From: an uncultured Fibrobacterota bacterium
GTDB lineage: Bacteria; Fibrobacterota; Chitinivibrionia; Chitinivibrionales; FEN-1185
Assembly (NCBI GenBank): GCA_963729895.1
Contig: CAVSQB010000005.1
Span: 352,001-416,000, forward strand
Length of the DNA stretch: 64,000 nt
Direction of reading: 5' to 3'
Positions 10,405-20,433 of the stretch are shown one piece after another; the stretch's first letter is position 1; every line of letters begins with the position of its first letter. The notes beneath the pieces are model-generated. The model saw only the letters and a list, made by a program, of their open reading frames with translations, was not told where the DNA came from and did not search any database. The position numbers were made by a program, and so were the translations under genes.

Positions 10405-11716
10405 CAGGTTGTTGAAATAGTCCTAACAGAAGCGCTCTTGTTGATTTTTTATGAACCTAACTTCAACTTTACATATGTCAGAGAGGTTTTACCTGCCTCG
10501 TTCCGAGGCATTTCCCCGGATTCCCAGGCCATTCTCATGCTGCCCCCACCGTTTGCGGCATCAACTTAACCATGCGTATCAAGTTGTACGCTGCGGCAAC
10601 CACGTAGGCAACAGTCTGGTTGATTCGTATTCCTCTTACCCGAGTTTTCCGCAGGCCACCGACGCTCTTGATCCACCCAAATATCTCTTCAACCCGTTTT
10701 CGTTTCCGTTGACTTACGCTGTATCCCTTATGCCGAGTCGTTCTTCCATCCAACCCTTTAAGCGAAGTGTTGGCCTTCTCGGCAATGTGAGGCTTCACGT
10801 GCAGGCGTCGCAGGCTCTTGATAAATTCGGTTGCATGATACCCTTTGTCTGCACCCACCGTCTTCATCCGGCGTTTTCCGCGCCTGCGTTCATGCTTTAT
10901 CAGCTCAAGCGCCATATCCCGTTCCGCTGTCCCCGTCGCTGGCGCAATGGCGATATCAACACACAACCCATTTCGGTTTTCCATCAGCACGTGACCGGAA
11001 TACGCCAGCTGCGCTCCCGTTCTCTTGTTCTTCCGAGCCAACAGCGCCTCTGGATCGGTCGAACTCTGATGTGTCTCATTGCTTCGCTTCTCATGGTGGA
11101 AATCAACCGACGGATTACTCCGATCATCGTCAGTCTTGTTCGCCGATTCCGCGTCTTTTCGCTTGAAGCTCTTCATCGATGCCCAGGCTTCAATCAACGT
11201 GCCGTCAACCGTGAAATGCTCATCGGACAACAACTCTTCGGAACGAGCAAGACGCACGATTTCCTGCATCAGCCGGTGCGCAATCTCCTGTTCCATAAGT
11301 CGATCTCGGTTCTTCGAAAACACACTATGATCAAACGATGCCGCATCCAGATCCATGTCAAGAAACCATCGGAACAGAATGTTATAGTCCAGCATCTCGC
11401 AAAACAACCGGTCCGACCGTATCGAAAACAAAGCCATCAATATCTGTGCTTTCAAAAGCCATTCCGGCGGTATCGAAGGGCGTCCCATCCGGCTGTACAT
11501 CGCCTCAAAGTCACGAGAAAGGCGGCGCAGCGCTATGTCCGTAAACTGTTTGACACGACGAAGCGGGTGTGTTGCCGGCACTCGGGAATCCGGAGAAACG
11601 AAGCTGAACATACCGCCTTGGGCTGGCTGGGAACCTCTCATCAATACTCCTTGGTTGGGGTTCCCCTATAATATAAGGATAAATGTTTACAAAAGGGAGA
11701 CTTTTTCAACACCCTG
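10405..11716 (-). mobile_element. IS5-family insertion sequence
   Basis: Terminal IRs CAGGTTGTTGAAA / CAGGGTGTTGAAA; CTAG duplicated at 10401-10404 and 11717-11720. Confidence 0.92.
10535..11641 (-). CDS. IS5-family DDE transposase
   Basis: RVPATHPLR, GRPSIPPE, VDGTLIEAWAS, GADKGY, RKRVEEIFGW; AAGGAG RBS. Confidence 0.93.
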   Translation of the reverse strand: MRGSQPAQGGMFSFVSPDSRVPATHPLRRVKQFTDIALRRLSRDFEAMYSRMGRPSIPPEWLLKAQILMALFSIRSDRLFCEMLDYNILFRWFLDMDLDAASFDHSVFSKNRDRLMEQEIAHRLMQEIVRLARSEELLSDEHFTVDGTLIEAWASMKSFKRKDAESANKTDDDRSNPSVDFHHEKRSNETHQSSTDPEALLARKNKRTGAQLAYSGHVLMENRNGLCVDIAIAPATGTAERDMALELIKHERRRGKRRMKTVGADKGYHATEFIKSLRRLHVKPHIAEKANTSLKGLDGRTTRHKGYSVSQRKRKRVEEIFGWIKSVGGLRKTRVRGIRINQTVAYVVAAAYNLIRMVKLMPQTVGAA

Positions 11717-11900
11717 CTAGGGTGCGCGCAACAGAAGGTGCGGCCTTGCCACGGGTAGATCCACGCCGCACCCGCCCAGCAATCCAGAATCATGTTTAGC
11801 AGAGAGGTGCCCAGATCCTTATTTTGATATTCGCTGCACCTGCTCAGCAATCCAGAACCAGATCTTGACTAACGAAACTCCACAGGGAGGCGCCCATATT
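11717..11900 (-). repeat. Modular element copy D, head part
   Basis: Two TGGATTGCTG heads (minus-strand 5' ends at 11854 and 11786); linker aligns with 5819-5863 of copy B. Confidence 0.85.
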
Positions 11901-11901
11901 C

Positions 11902-12792
11902 TCATGCTGTCAAATCTTTAACAGCTCTCACTATCGCCGCGATATGCTCCGGCGTGGTCCCGCAGCACCCGCCCACGATGTTCGCGCCCGCTGCCACGAT
12001 CTCCGGCACCATCCCCGCCATGATGGCCGGTGTTTCCGGAAAGTAAATGTCACCGTCCCTGGTCTGCGGCAGCCCCGCGTTGGCGTGCACGAGGATGGGT
12101 GTGGCCGCGTCGGCCGCGCGTATCTCGCGGACGATCTCGATCATCTGCGCCATGCCGTTGCCGCAATTGGTGCCGACGATCCGGGCGCCTGCGGCCGTCA
12201 GCGCGGCCGCCATTTCCGCGGGGGAAACGCCCATCATGGTCCGAAAGGTGTTGTCAACGGTCTTGTCGAAAGTAAATGTCGCGATAATTTCGAGTTTCGT
12301 GTTGTCGCGGGCGGCTTTCACGGCGATGCATGCCTCGTCGAGCGCGGTCATGGTCTCGATGCAGCAGGCGTCGGCGCCGCCTTGTTCGAGGGCCGCCGCC
12401 TGTTCCGCAAACGCGTCGTACACCTCGGCCTCCAAAACGTCGCCCATCATGAGGATCTTGCCCGTGGGACCTATTGAGGCGATCACGTGCCTGTCCGGCC
12501 CGGCGGCCTCCCGCGAAATTGCGGCGGCCTCGCGGTTTATCTCCTTTGTCCTGCTTTCGAGCCCGTAGTGCGCGAGCTTGAGCCGGTTTGCGCCGAAGCT
12601 GTTGGATTCGATCATGTCCGCGCCCGCGCCGGCATAGCTTTTTGCGATGTCAAGCACATCGCGCCTGCGCGTGATGCACCACAACTCCGGGCATTGGCCC
12701 GGTTCAAGGCCTTTCTTGTGCAGAAACGTTCCCCATGCGCCGTCGGACACGAGCACAACGCCGGAGGAAACGGTTTCGACGATGGTTTTCAT
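11902..12792 (-). CDS. Homocysteine S-methyltransferase domain protein (stand-alone MetH N-terminal-like domain)
   Basis: SDGAWGT, AGAD, SIGPTG, ETM, GTNC, ANAGLP, GGCCGTTPEHI Zn-binding motif. Confidence 0.9.
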   Translation of the reverse strand: MKTIVETVSSGVVLVSDGAWGTFLHKKGLEPGQCPELWCITRRRDVLDIAKSYAGAGADMIESNSFGANRLKLAHYGLESRTKEINREAAAISREAAGPDRHVIASIGPTGKILMMGDVLEAEVYDAFAEQAAALEQGGADACCIETMTALDEACIAVKAARDNTKLEIIATFTFDKTVDNTFRTMMGVSPAEMAAALTAAGARIVGTNCGNGMAQMIEIVREIRAADAATPILVHANAGLPQTRDGDIYFPETPAIMAGMVPEIVAAGANIVGGCCGTTPEHIAAIVRAVKDLTA

Positions 12793-12813
12793 GATGGGTT
12801 CCTTATCGGAAAA

Positions 12814-12955
12814 TCACCACGGAGGCACGGAGTGCACGGAGAAAAAAGAATGAGAATCAAACATAAAGAATAATATTTCTGACACAGCAGACTTTCCCCT
12901 CCTAAATTTGAACAATCCTTTTCTCTTTCCTGTGTCCTCCGTGTCTCCGTGGTGA
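12814..12955. repeat. REP-like inverted pair
   Basis: TCACCACGGAGGCACGGAG (12814-12832) vs CTCCGTGTCTCCGTGGTGA (12937-12955), 18/19 complementary. Confidence 0.85.
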
Positions 12956-12968
12956 ATCTTCTCTTCTC

Positions 12969-13631
12969 CTATTTCCCCGAATTCAAGAAATCCACCGCCC
13001 CCTGCGGGTCGGCCGAATACCCTGCGCCGATTTTGTCAGCAAATTCCCTGGTGAGCGGCGCGCCGCCCACGATCACACGGATGCCGGGGAATTTCGCCGA
13101 AAGTTCACGGGTGATCTTTTCCATGTTCATCATGGTTGTGGTAAGCAGCGTGGACAGCCCGACGCTGCACCCGGGGTGCTGTTCGACGGCCTTGACGAAT
13201 TTGTCGACGGACACGTCGACGCCAAGGTCCACCACTTCCCGCCCTCCGCCTTCCACGATCATGGCGACCAGGTTTTTGCCTATGTCGTGAAGGTCGCCGG
13301 CGACCGTGCCCACCACAAAAGTTCCCCTGCGCCGTACCTGGCCCGACGTGAAAAACGGCCGCAGGTGTTTCATGCCGGCGTACATGGCCTTTGCCGACAT
13401 GAGCACGTCCGGAATAAATACCTTGTTAAGCCGGAACTTCTCGCCCACGTTGTACATTCCCACCACCAGACCGTTGGACAAAACCTCCTGCGGAGAAATC
13501 CCCTGCGTCAGCGCCTGGGCCGTGAGTTCGTCCGCGCCGCTTTGACCCTTGAGGTCCGCGGGGAACGGGGCCGCGGCGCTGATCTTGCCCCGCTCGACGC
13601 AGGTTGCGATCCGTGAAATCAAATCCGACAT
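12969..13631 (-). CDS. Corrinoid (B12-binding) methyltransferase protein, cap + B12 domains
   Basis: GTVAGDLHDIGKNLV (DxHxxG), VDLGVDV, GLSTLLTTT, VGGA; GGAGG RBS before 13631. Confidence 0.9.
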   Translation of the reverse strand: MSDLISRIATCVERGKISAAAPFPADLKGQSGADELTAQALTQGISPQEVLSNGLVVGMYNVGEKFRLNKVFIPDVLMSAKAMYAGMKHLRPFFTSGQVRRRGTFVVGTVAGDLHDIGKNLVAMIVEGGGREVVDLGVDVSVDKFVKAVEQHPGCSVGLSTLLTTTMMNMEKITRELSAKFPGIRVIVGGAPLTREFADKIGAGYSADPQGAVDFLNSGK

Positions 13632-13642
13632 TCTGCCTCCTT

Positions 13643-14707
13643 TTACCGTTGGGCCTGTTTTAAGAGACATGCGTGGCAATGCAACGGATTGCCGGGAAGC
13701 GGCACAAGCCGCGGAATTTCCTGGGTGCAGCGGCCGACCACCACGGCGCGCTCGCCGCCGGCGGTGATCGAGGCCGTTTCTTCTTTGCCAAGAGACGCCG
13801 CGACCTGCCGGGTGTACGCGCACCGCGGATGAAACGGGCATCCCGGCGGCGGGTTGACGGGCGAGGGCGTTTCGCCGGGAAGCCGCACGCGTTCGGGCTT
13901 CTTCTCCGGGTCGGGAACGGGAATCGCGGAAAGCAAGGCTCGCGTATATGGATGGATTGGATCGGCATACAGCGAATCCCGGTCGGCTTTTTCCACGATT
14001 TTCCCCAGGTACATCACCGCCACCTCGTCGCTGAAATGTTCCACCACCGCAAGGTTATGCGCGATGAAAAGGTACGACAGCCCCATGTCGGCCTGAAGAT
14101 CGGACAGCAGGTTGAGTATCTGCGCCTGTATCGACACGTCGAGCGCGCTCACCGGTTCGTCGCACACGATGAAGTCGGGCTTGCTTGCCAGGGCTCGGGC
14201 AATGCCGATGCGCTGCTTCTGGCCGCCGGAGAATTCGTGCGGGTATCGCGTCATGTACTGGGCCGACAGGCCAACCCGTTCCAGAAGCTCGCCCACGCGT
14301 TGCTTCCGCTGCCGGCTAGACAAACGCGAATGCACCACGAGCGGCTCGGCAACGATGTTCGCAACGCTCATGCGGGGATTAAGCGAGCTCATGGGGTCCT
14401 GGAAAATAATCTGCATCCGCCGGCGGAGGGCACGCATCGATTTGTTGTCGAGCGAGAAAAGGTCCCGGCCGTCAAAGGTGACCTTCCCTTCCGTCGCGGC
14501 GATGAGGCGCAGGATGGTCCGGCCAACGGTGGTCTTACCGGAACCGCTTTCGCCCACCAGGCCCAGGGTCTTGCCCTTCGCGATGGAGAAGTCCACGCCG
14601 TCAACCGCGCGGACGAACCGGTGGGCTTTCCCCATCGTTGCCTCGCGGACCGGGAAATAGGTCTTGAGGCCGGTTACGGAGAGCAGGGGTGAAGTGGTTT
14701 CGCTCAT
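13643..14707 (-). CDS. oppF: Peptide/oligosaccharide ABC transporter ATPase (OppF/DppF-like)
   Basis: [29 protein letters not shown], Cys-rich C-terminus. Confidence 0.92.
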   Translation of the reverse strand: MSETTSPLLSVTGLKTYFPVREATMGKAHRFVRAVDGVDFSIAKGKTLGLVGESGSGKTTVGRTILRLIAATEGKVTFDGRDLFSLDNKSMRALRRRMQIIFQDPMSSLNPRMSVANIVAEPLVVHSRLSSRQRKQRVGELLERVGLSAQYMTRYPHEFSGGQKQRIGIARALASKPDFIVCDEPVSALDVSIQAQILNLLSDLQADMGLSYLFIAHNLAVVEHFSDEVAVMYLGKIVEKADRDSLYADPIHPYTRALLSAIPVPDPEKKPERVRLPGETPSPVNPPPGCPFHPRCAYTRQVAASLGKEETASITAGGERAVVVGRCTQEIPRLVPLPGNPLHCHACLLKQAQR

Positions 14708-14732
14708 AGGTTAGTCCGAACTAAGAAAAGTC

Positions 14733-15003
14733 TCACCGCAAAGGCGCAAAGGAACACAGGGAACCCATAAAAACTCGTTTTTCTATTCACGGCACTTTAC
14801 TCGCCCCCTAAATCCCCCGAAGGGGGACTTATCGGAAGAGGCGTTTCTATAGTAAAGTCAGCACAATACAAGTCCCCCTTCGGGGGATTTAGGGGGCGTG
14901 AACAAATGAGACAAATAAATATAGGACCCCGATAGAGTATTGACGGCATACTGTCGAGAAAATAAAATTGCATTTCTTCGTGTCCTTTGCGCCTTTGCGG
15001 TGA
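14733..15003. repeat. REP-like outer inverted pair
   Basis: TCACCGCAAAGGCGCAAAGGA at 14733-14753 and its exact reverse complement at 14983-15003. Confidence 0.9.
14802..14898. repeat. REPIN-like inner inverted pair
   Basis: 29-nt perfect IR CGCCCCCTAAATCCCCCGAAGGGGGACTT (14802-14830 / 14870-14898), each arm carrying its own hairpin. Confidence 0.92.
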
Positions 15004-15016
15004 AGCATTTGCACTT

Positions 15017-16099
15017 TTATCCTTCCGACGGGTCAGTCTCTTTTCCCTGCGCGAATCCCTCGCATTCCCAGCACGCGCACCAGTGACCGGGCCGCACTTC
15101 CAGCAGGGGCGGCGACTGCGTCGCGCACCGCGCCGGCACGCGGCCCCGGCCGTCCGGTCCGCCTATGTCAACCGTATCGCCCGAGCCCGCCTCCTGCGCC
15201 CGTTCCCGGGCAAGGCTGCAGCGCGGATGAAACCTGCACCCGTTTGGAAAATGCAACGGGCTCGGCACGCTTCCCGGAATGGTGTCGAGCCGCCGTTTCT
15301 TCTCGCCGAGCTTGGGCAGCGACCGGAACAGGCCGCGCGTGTACGGGTGGAGCGGACCCGCGAACAGGTTCTTGACATCCGCAAGCTCCGCAAGGCGCGA
15401 CGCATACATCACGCCCACGGTATCGGCGGCTTCCGCGACCACGCCGAGATCGTGCGTGATGAGCAGGATGCTCTGCCCCTGCTCCTGCAGCCCTCGCAGC
15501 AGGTCCAGAATCTGGGCCTGGATGGTGACGTCGAGGGCGGTGGTCGGTTCGTCGGCGATGAGCAGCTTGGGGTTGCACGACAGCGCAATGGCGATCATGA
15601 CGCGCTGCTGCATGCCGCCCGACAGCTGGTGCGGGTATTCGCCGTAGCGAAGCACAGGTTCGGGAATTCCCACTCTGGCAAGCATGTCCACGGCAATGTT
15701 TTTCGCCTCGCGGAAAGAAACGCGCTGGTGCAGCAGGATCGCCTCAACGATCTGGCTCCCGCAGGTGAACACGGGGTTGAGCGACGTCATGGGTTCCTGG
15801 AAAATCATGCTCACCTGCGAGCCGCGCACGTCCTGCATCCGGCGTTCCGAAAGGTCAAGCAGGTTCACGCCGTCGAGCACGATGCGTCCGGAGGCGATCC
15901 TGCCGGGCGGGCTGGGAATGAGCCGCAGAATCGACAGCGCGGTGATGCTCTTGCCGCACCCGCTTTCGCCCACCAGGGCGAACAGTTCGTTTTTCCGCAC
16001 CTTGAAGCTCACGCCGTCCACCGCCTTTACAACGCCGGACTCGGTGTCGAAGCAGGTCCGCAGATCGGTTATGGTGAGCAGTGTTTCACCGGATGCCAT
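15017..16099 (-). CDS. oppD: Peptide/oligosaccharide ABC transporter ATPase (OppD/DppD-like)
   Basis: [30 protein letters not shown]. Confidence 0.92.
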   Translation of the reverse strand: MASGETLLTITDLRTCFDTESGVVKAVDGVSFKVRKNELFALVGESGCGKSITALSILRLIPSPPGRIASGRIVLDGVNLLDLSERRMQDVRGSQVSMIFQEPMTSLNPVFTCGSQIVEAILLHQRVSFREAKNIAVDMLARVGIPEPVLRYGEYPHQLSGGMQQRVMIAIALSCNPKLLIADEPTTALDVTIQAQILDLLRGLQEQGQSILLITHDLGVVAEAADTVGVMYASRLAELADVKNLFAGPLHPYTRGLFRSLPKLGEKKRRLDTIPGSVPSPLHFPNGCRFHPRCSLARERAQEAGSGDTVDIGGPDGRGRVPARCATQSPPLLEVRPGHWCACWECEGFAQGKETDPSEG

Positions 16100-16117
16100 G
16101 GGACGAATTCCGCTTCG

Positions 16118-17041
16118 TTACACGTTTTTGAGTTTCGGGTCCAGAGCGTCGCGCAGCCGGTCGCCGAAGATGTTCCACGCCAGGACGATGACGAACGTGG
16201 CGACTACCGCGGCGCTCAGTTCCCACCAGCGCCCCACAATCAGGTCCATTCTCGCCTCGTTGATCATTTTTCCCCAGCTCGGCATGTCCTGCACGCCCAG
16301 GTTGAGGAAGCTCAGGATCACTTCGGCGCTGATGGCGCCCACAAACCCGAGCGAGAAATTGATAATTGCGATGTGCATGAGGTTGGGTACGATGTGATGG
16401 AGCATGATGGCAAAGCCGCCGCGCCCGGTGGCGCGCGCCGCGAGCACGTAGTCGAGCTCCTTGAGCTTCATGGTCTCGGCGCGGATGTACCTGCACGTGC
16501 CGATCCAGTTGGTGAGACCGAGCGCGATATACACGCCGGCCATTCCGCTTAAGTCAAGTTCGAAGGGGGTGCCCGAAAACAGGACCTTGTCGGCAAACGC
16601 GAATTTGATGGAAATAAGCAGGATGATGCCCGGGATCGAGGCGAGCGTGGTGTACAGCCAGACGATAACATCGTCGATCCTCCTGCCGAAGAAACCGGCC
16701 AGCGCGCCCAGCAGCATGCCCAGCGGCAGCGCGATCACGTTCGACATGAACCCCACGGTCATCGATACATGCGCACCCAGGAACACTTTCTGCAGCACGC
16801 TCCGCCCCAGCGCGTCGGTGCCCAGCAGGTAGGTGAGCGACGGCGGCTCGTTGCGGTGGTTGTAGTCGTGCGCGGAGCTCCAATGCGAAAACACCAGGGG
16901 GCTGCCGATGGCGATGCAGGCGTACACGACAATAACGGCAAAGCATGCTACGGCGGCCTTATCGCGCAGCAGGCGTAGCGCGGCGTCGGCCCACAGGCCG
17001 CGGCCGGATACGTCGCGTTGATTTTCGGTTGTTTGTTTCAT
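16118..17041 (-). CDS. oppC: ABC transporter permease (OppC/DppC-like)
   Basis: LGTDALGR, YVLAARATG loop, LSFLNLG, GDRLRDALDP. Confidence 0.9.
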   Translation of the reverse strand: MKQTTENQRDVSGRGLWADAALRLLRDKAAVACFAVIVVYACIAIGSPLVFSHWSSAHDYNHRNEPPSLTYLLGTDALGRSVLQKVFLGAHVSMTVGFMSNVIALPLGMLLGALAGFFGRRIDDVIVWLYTTLASIPGIILLISIKFAFADKVLFSGTPFELDLSGMAGVYIALGLTNWIGTCRYIRAETMKLKELDYVLAARATGRGGFAIMLHHIVPNLMHIAIINFSLGFVGAISAEVILSFLNLGVQDMPSWGKMINEARMDLIVGRWWELSAAVVATFVIVLAWNIFGDRLRDALDPKLKNV

Positions 17042-17067
17042 CGCAGGTTTCCTCAATAAGACTCACC

Positions 17068-17162
17068 GCGCCTCACCTCATCACCCTCGACCCCTCTTCC
17101 CCTCTGCTTAACTAAGGAGAGGGGAAGAGGAGCCCGAAGGGCGGGGAGTTGGGGTGAGGCGC
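17068..17162. repeat. REP-like palindromic element
   Basis: GCGCCTCACC...GGTGAGGCGC outer arms enclosing CCTCTTCCCCTCT/AGAGGGGAAGAGG. Confidence 0.8.
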
Positions 17163-18485
17163 CTATTTCAAATGAATCCTCGGATCGAACACCGCATACA
17201 AAATATCCGTGGCAAGGAGGCTTACCACGTAAAGAATTGCCGTCAGGAACGTAAGGCCGGTGATTATCGGCACGTCGCGTGACGTTATGCTCGTGAGCAG
17301 CAGGTCGCCCAGGCCGGGAATGCCGAAGAACCGCTCCAGCAGCAGCGAGCCCATGATGAGAAACGGAATATAGGTGATAAGGTCCGTGAGAATGGGCAGC
17401 ATGCAGTTCTTGAGCACATGGAGAAACAGAATTGACGGAAGCGGAACGCCTTTGGCCCGCGCGGTGCGCACATAGTCTTTGTTGATCTCGTTGAGGATGA
17501 TGGTCCGGTAGAAACGCACCTCGGCGCCCAGGCCGGCGATCACCGCGATGAACACGGGAACGTAAATGCTTGACGGGTGCGCAAGCCCTGCGGCGTATTC
17601 GGGCGCTATCTTGAACATGAGCCACTGCCCGAGGAGCATGTACGCCAGGTAGGGAATGCACATCCCGAGCACGGTGACGAACACGCCGAATTTGTCGATC
17701 CAGGTGTCGCGGTAGAATGCCACGAAGCAGCTTATCACCATGGCGAAGAGCCAGGTGAGCACCATGGCGGGAACGGTGATGCACAGGGAAAACTTGCCTC
17801 GCTCGCGGACGATTTCGAGCAGGCTCTGGTTGGTGGCGTAGCTCTTGCCTGTAAAGGTGACGTTCTCCCAGAGGTGCCAGAAGAACTGCGAGTCGAACAG
17901 GTTCGCCGGCGACCACTTCGAAATCTCCGTCGTAAGCTTGCCCCCGTTGCCGGGGCAGGCCGCGAGTGCCGCGCAGAGGTCGCCGCAGGTGCGGACCGGG
18001 GTGAGGTCGAGGGTGAAACGGGTCCCGTCGCCGAGCTGGATATTCCAACACGGGGACGGCGTGTGCACGGTCGGCGAAACCAGCGGTTTCCCGTCCGTCA
18101 TTGACGCAAGCGGCGTTGCGGGGGAGAGCGCCAGCACGAGCCGTCCGGCCAGTCGCGCGCGCGTTTCGGCCGCCTGCCGGCCTGGTGAAAGATGAAGGTT
18201 GAGCGCTCGCGCAGCAACCGAGCCTCCCTGGTCGAGAATCTCAAACGTGTGCGTCCCGGTGGTGTTGTCGGTGATCACCAGACGCCTGTGAAAATTGAAT
18301 ATGCCGGGCCTGTCGAGTTTGTGTTTCTCGTAAAACGCCTGGCGCGCCTCCGCTCCGAGCTTCTGGTTCACATAGGCGGTCGACACGTCGCCCGCGATCA
18401 CCCGGAACAGCACAAAAGTAAGCAGCATTACGCCCAGCACCGTGAACACGGCCTGGACAAGGCGGCGGGTAATGTAACGCATCAT
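17163..18485 (-). CDS. oppB: ABC transporter permease (OppB/DppB-like) with enlarged external loop
   Basis: YITRRL start, DYVRTARAKG, FGIPGLG, DPRI. Confidence 0.9.
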   Translation of the reverse strand: MMRYITRRLVQAVFTVLGVMLLTFVLFRVIAGDVSTAYVNQKLGAEARQAFYEKHKLDRPGIFNFHRRLVITDNTTGTHTFEILDQGGSVAARALNLHLSPGRQAAETRARLAGRLVLALSPATPLASMTDGKPLVSPTVHTPSPCWNIQLGDGTRFTLDLTPVRTCGDLCAALAACPGNGGKLTTEISKWSPANLFDSQFFWHLWENVTFTGKSYATNQSLLEIVRERGKFSLCITVPAMVLTWLFAMVISCFVAFYRDTWIDKFGVFVTVLGMCIPYLAYMLLGQWLMFKIAPEYAAGLAHPSSIYVPVFIAVIAGLGAEVRFYRTIILNEINKDYVRTARAKGVPLPSILFLHVLKNCMLPILTDLITYIPFLIMGSLLLERFFGIPGLGDLLLTSITSRDVPIITGLTFLTAILYVVSLLATDILYAVFDPRIHLK

Positions 18486-18489
18486 GCCG

Positions 18490-20418
18490 CTACCCCTCGC
18501 TTCCGGAAAGTTTACGCCGCATTCCGGTATCGATGCGGCGGTACTTGAGATACCCGTAGCCGATCGGGTGCTGTTTGATATTTCGCATCCAGTCGTAATA
18601 CAGGGTGAAGTTCTCCGGTTCGTAAATCGGCAGAAGCGGGCAGTCCTCGCTGATGATGCGTATCATCCGTACGTAATCGGCTGTGCGAGCGGGGCAGTCG
18701 GGCATCACCCGAATGGTCTCGTACAGACTGTCGAACTCCCGGTTCTTGTAATTGGAATTGTTGGTCCCCTTGTCGATGTTTTTCGAGTAGAAAAGCTGCA
18801 GGAAATCCTCTGCGTCCGGGTAATCGGCGGCCCAGCCCATGTAATACATCTGGATCTGCTTGTTCTGCACCTTTCTCTGGAGCGTGGGCCAGTCGTTGAA
18901 AATGCATTTAAGGCGGAGGCCGAGCCGGGCGAATTGCTGGCGCGCGAAATCGGCCATACGCAGGTTCAAGGGTCCGTCCGACATGTCAAATTTGAGTTCC
19001 GGAATTTCGCCGTTCTTCAGGAGGCCCGCCGCCGCGAGCTCCCGTTTGGCGTCCCCGATCTTCTTGAGCGCCGCGACGGTGTCGAAACGAAAATACGGGC
19101 CGGGTCCGGCTTCGTTGTGCCCAAGGAAGGACGTTGGCACCACGTTGACCGCCCTGATTCCCCTGCCGTTCGAAAGGATCTTGATCTCGTTTTCCGCGTC
19201 GTAGCCCAGGCTGATGGCCTGCCGCAGCGACTTGCTTCTTCCCAGAATGGAATCTTCCATGTTGAACGCGATCCAGTAGATGACGGGGTCGGATGATTTA
19301 CTGAGGGAAATATGTTTCCGTTTCCACGAATCGGTGAGGTCCTTGCCCGGCGTGATGACCGCTTGGAACGTCTCGACCGGAATTCCTGCCACGTCGACCT
19401 GCCTGCTCAAGAACAGCATCCACGCGGCGTATTCCTCCTCAATGTACCGGAAGTTGATTTTGTCAATGAAGGGAACGGGCTTGCCCGCGTCCGCAAGCAG
19501 TCCTTCGGCGCTGTCGCCCGCATAGTCTTTGGACCGGCCTTCGCCCTCGGAAGGGTAGGTGTCCTGGCGGTATTCGGGATTGCGCGTCATGGTGATCGTC
19601 CACTTGCGCTTGAAGGTCGTCAAACTATAGGGGCCGGTGCCGACAACCTGCTCAGCCTCCATTATTTCCGGGATGCGCTCGGAGACCGGAATGGAAACGC
19701 GGTTGCCTTTCCGGTCCGCCGTTGTGGACAAATGGTAATCAACAACCTCGCGGGGAACGGGCGCGTACACGTTATTCATGGCGAGAACATAAATGAATTG
19801 CGGGAAAGGCGCCTTGAGGCGCAGCACGAGGGTGAGGCTGTCCGGGGCAGAAATGCCTTCCACGGGGAGATCGTACCGGGAGAAATCGCCGATGCGGTAC
19901 AACCTTGTCTTCTCGCGGAACTCGTCGAGGCCGATGATCCGGTCGGCGAGGAACGCCCAAGCGAGGCCGGTGTTGATGTGATAGTCGGCCACGCGCTTGA
20001 ACGACAGCAGAAAGTCCTGCGCGGTCACGGTGCGCGTGTTCCAGGCATGGACGCCCGAGGGGTCCTTGCCGAAACAGGGATTGCGATGATACAGCACCCC
20101 TTTTTTCAGCTTTATGGTGTATGTCAAACCGTCGGCCGAAATCCGGGGCATGCCGTCTGCAAGCTGTTCCACGACTTCCACCGGCCGTTTGAGATAATGG
20201 TACGTGTAAAGCCCCTCGTAGAAATTAGCCTGGATGGTTGACGACGTGACGTCGCCGCAGGTGGCGGGGTCGAGCGACTTGACATCTGCGTTATAGACCG
20301 CCTCGTAGACCATGCCGCCGTCCTGCGCTCCGCTCCCCGCCGCCTTGCGCAGTACGAAAAGCGGCAGGGAAACCAGGATGGCGACAACGGCGAGGGAGAG
20401 GATATAGAACCATTTCAT
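18490..20418 (-). CDS. Family 5 ABC substrate-binding protein
   Basis: KSLDPA, YEGLY, SADGLTYTIKLKKGV, GTGPY, WAADYPDAEDFL. Confidence 0.9.
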   Translation of the reverse strand: MKWFYILSLAVVAILVSLPLFVLRKAAGSGAQDGGMVYEAVYNADVKSLDPATCGDVTSSTIQANFYEGLYTYHYLKRPVEVVEQLADGMPRISADGLTYTIKLKKGVLYHRNPCFGKDPSGVHAWNTRTVTAQDFLLSFKRVADYHINTGLAWAFLADRIIGLDEFREKTRLYRIGDFSRYDLPVEGISAPDSLTLVLRLKAPFPQFIYVLAMNNVYAPVPREVVDYHLSTTADRKGNRVSIPVSERIPEIMEAEQVVGTGPYSLTTFKRKWTITMTRNPEYRQDTYPSEGEGRSKDYAGDSAEGLLADAGKPVPFIDKINFRYIEEEYAAWMLFLSRQVDVAGIPVETFQAVITPGKDLTDSWKRKHISLSKSSDPVIYWIAFNMEDSILGRSKSLRQAISLGYDAENEIKILSNGRGIRAVNVVPTSFLGHNEAGPGPYFRFDTVAALKKIGDAKRELAAAGLLKNGEIPELKFDMSDGPLNLRMADFARQQFARLGLRLKCIFNDWPTLQRKVQNKQIQMYYMGWAADYPDAEDFLQLFYSKNIDKGTNNSNYKNREFDSLYETIRVMPDCPARTADYVRMIRIISEDCPLLPIYEPENFTLYYDWMRNIKQHPIGYGYLKYRRIDTGMRRKLSGSEG

Positions 20419-20433
20419 GAGGTATTGATCCGG

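Noticed and set aside
10451..11671. 406-aa ORF antisense to the IS5 transposase
   Set aside because: Shadow frame with no recognisable motifs
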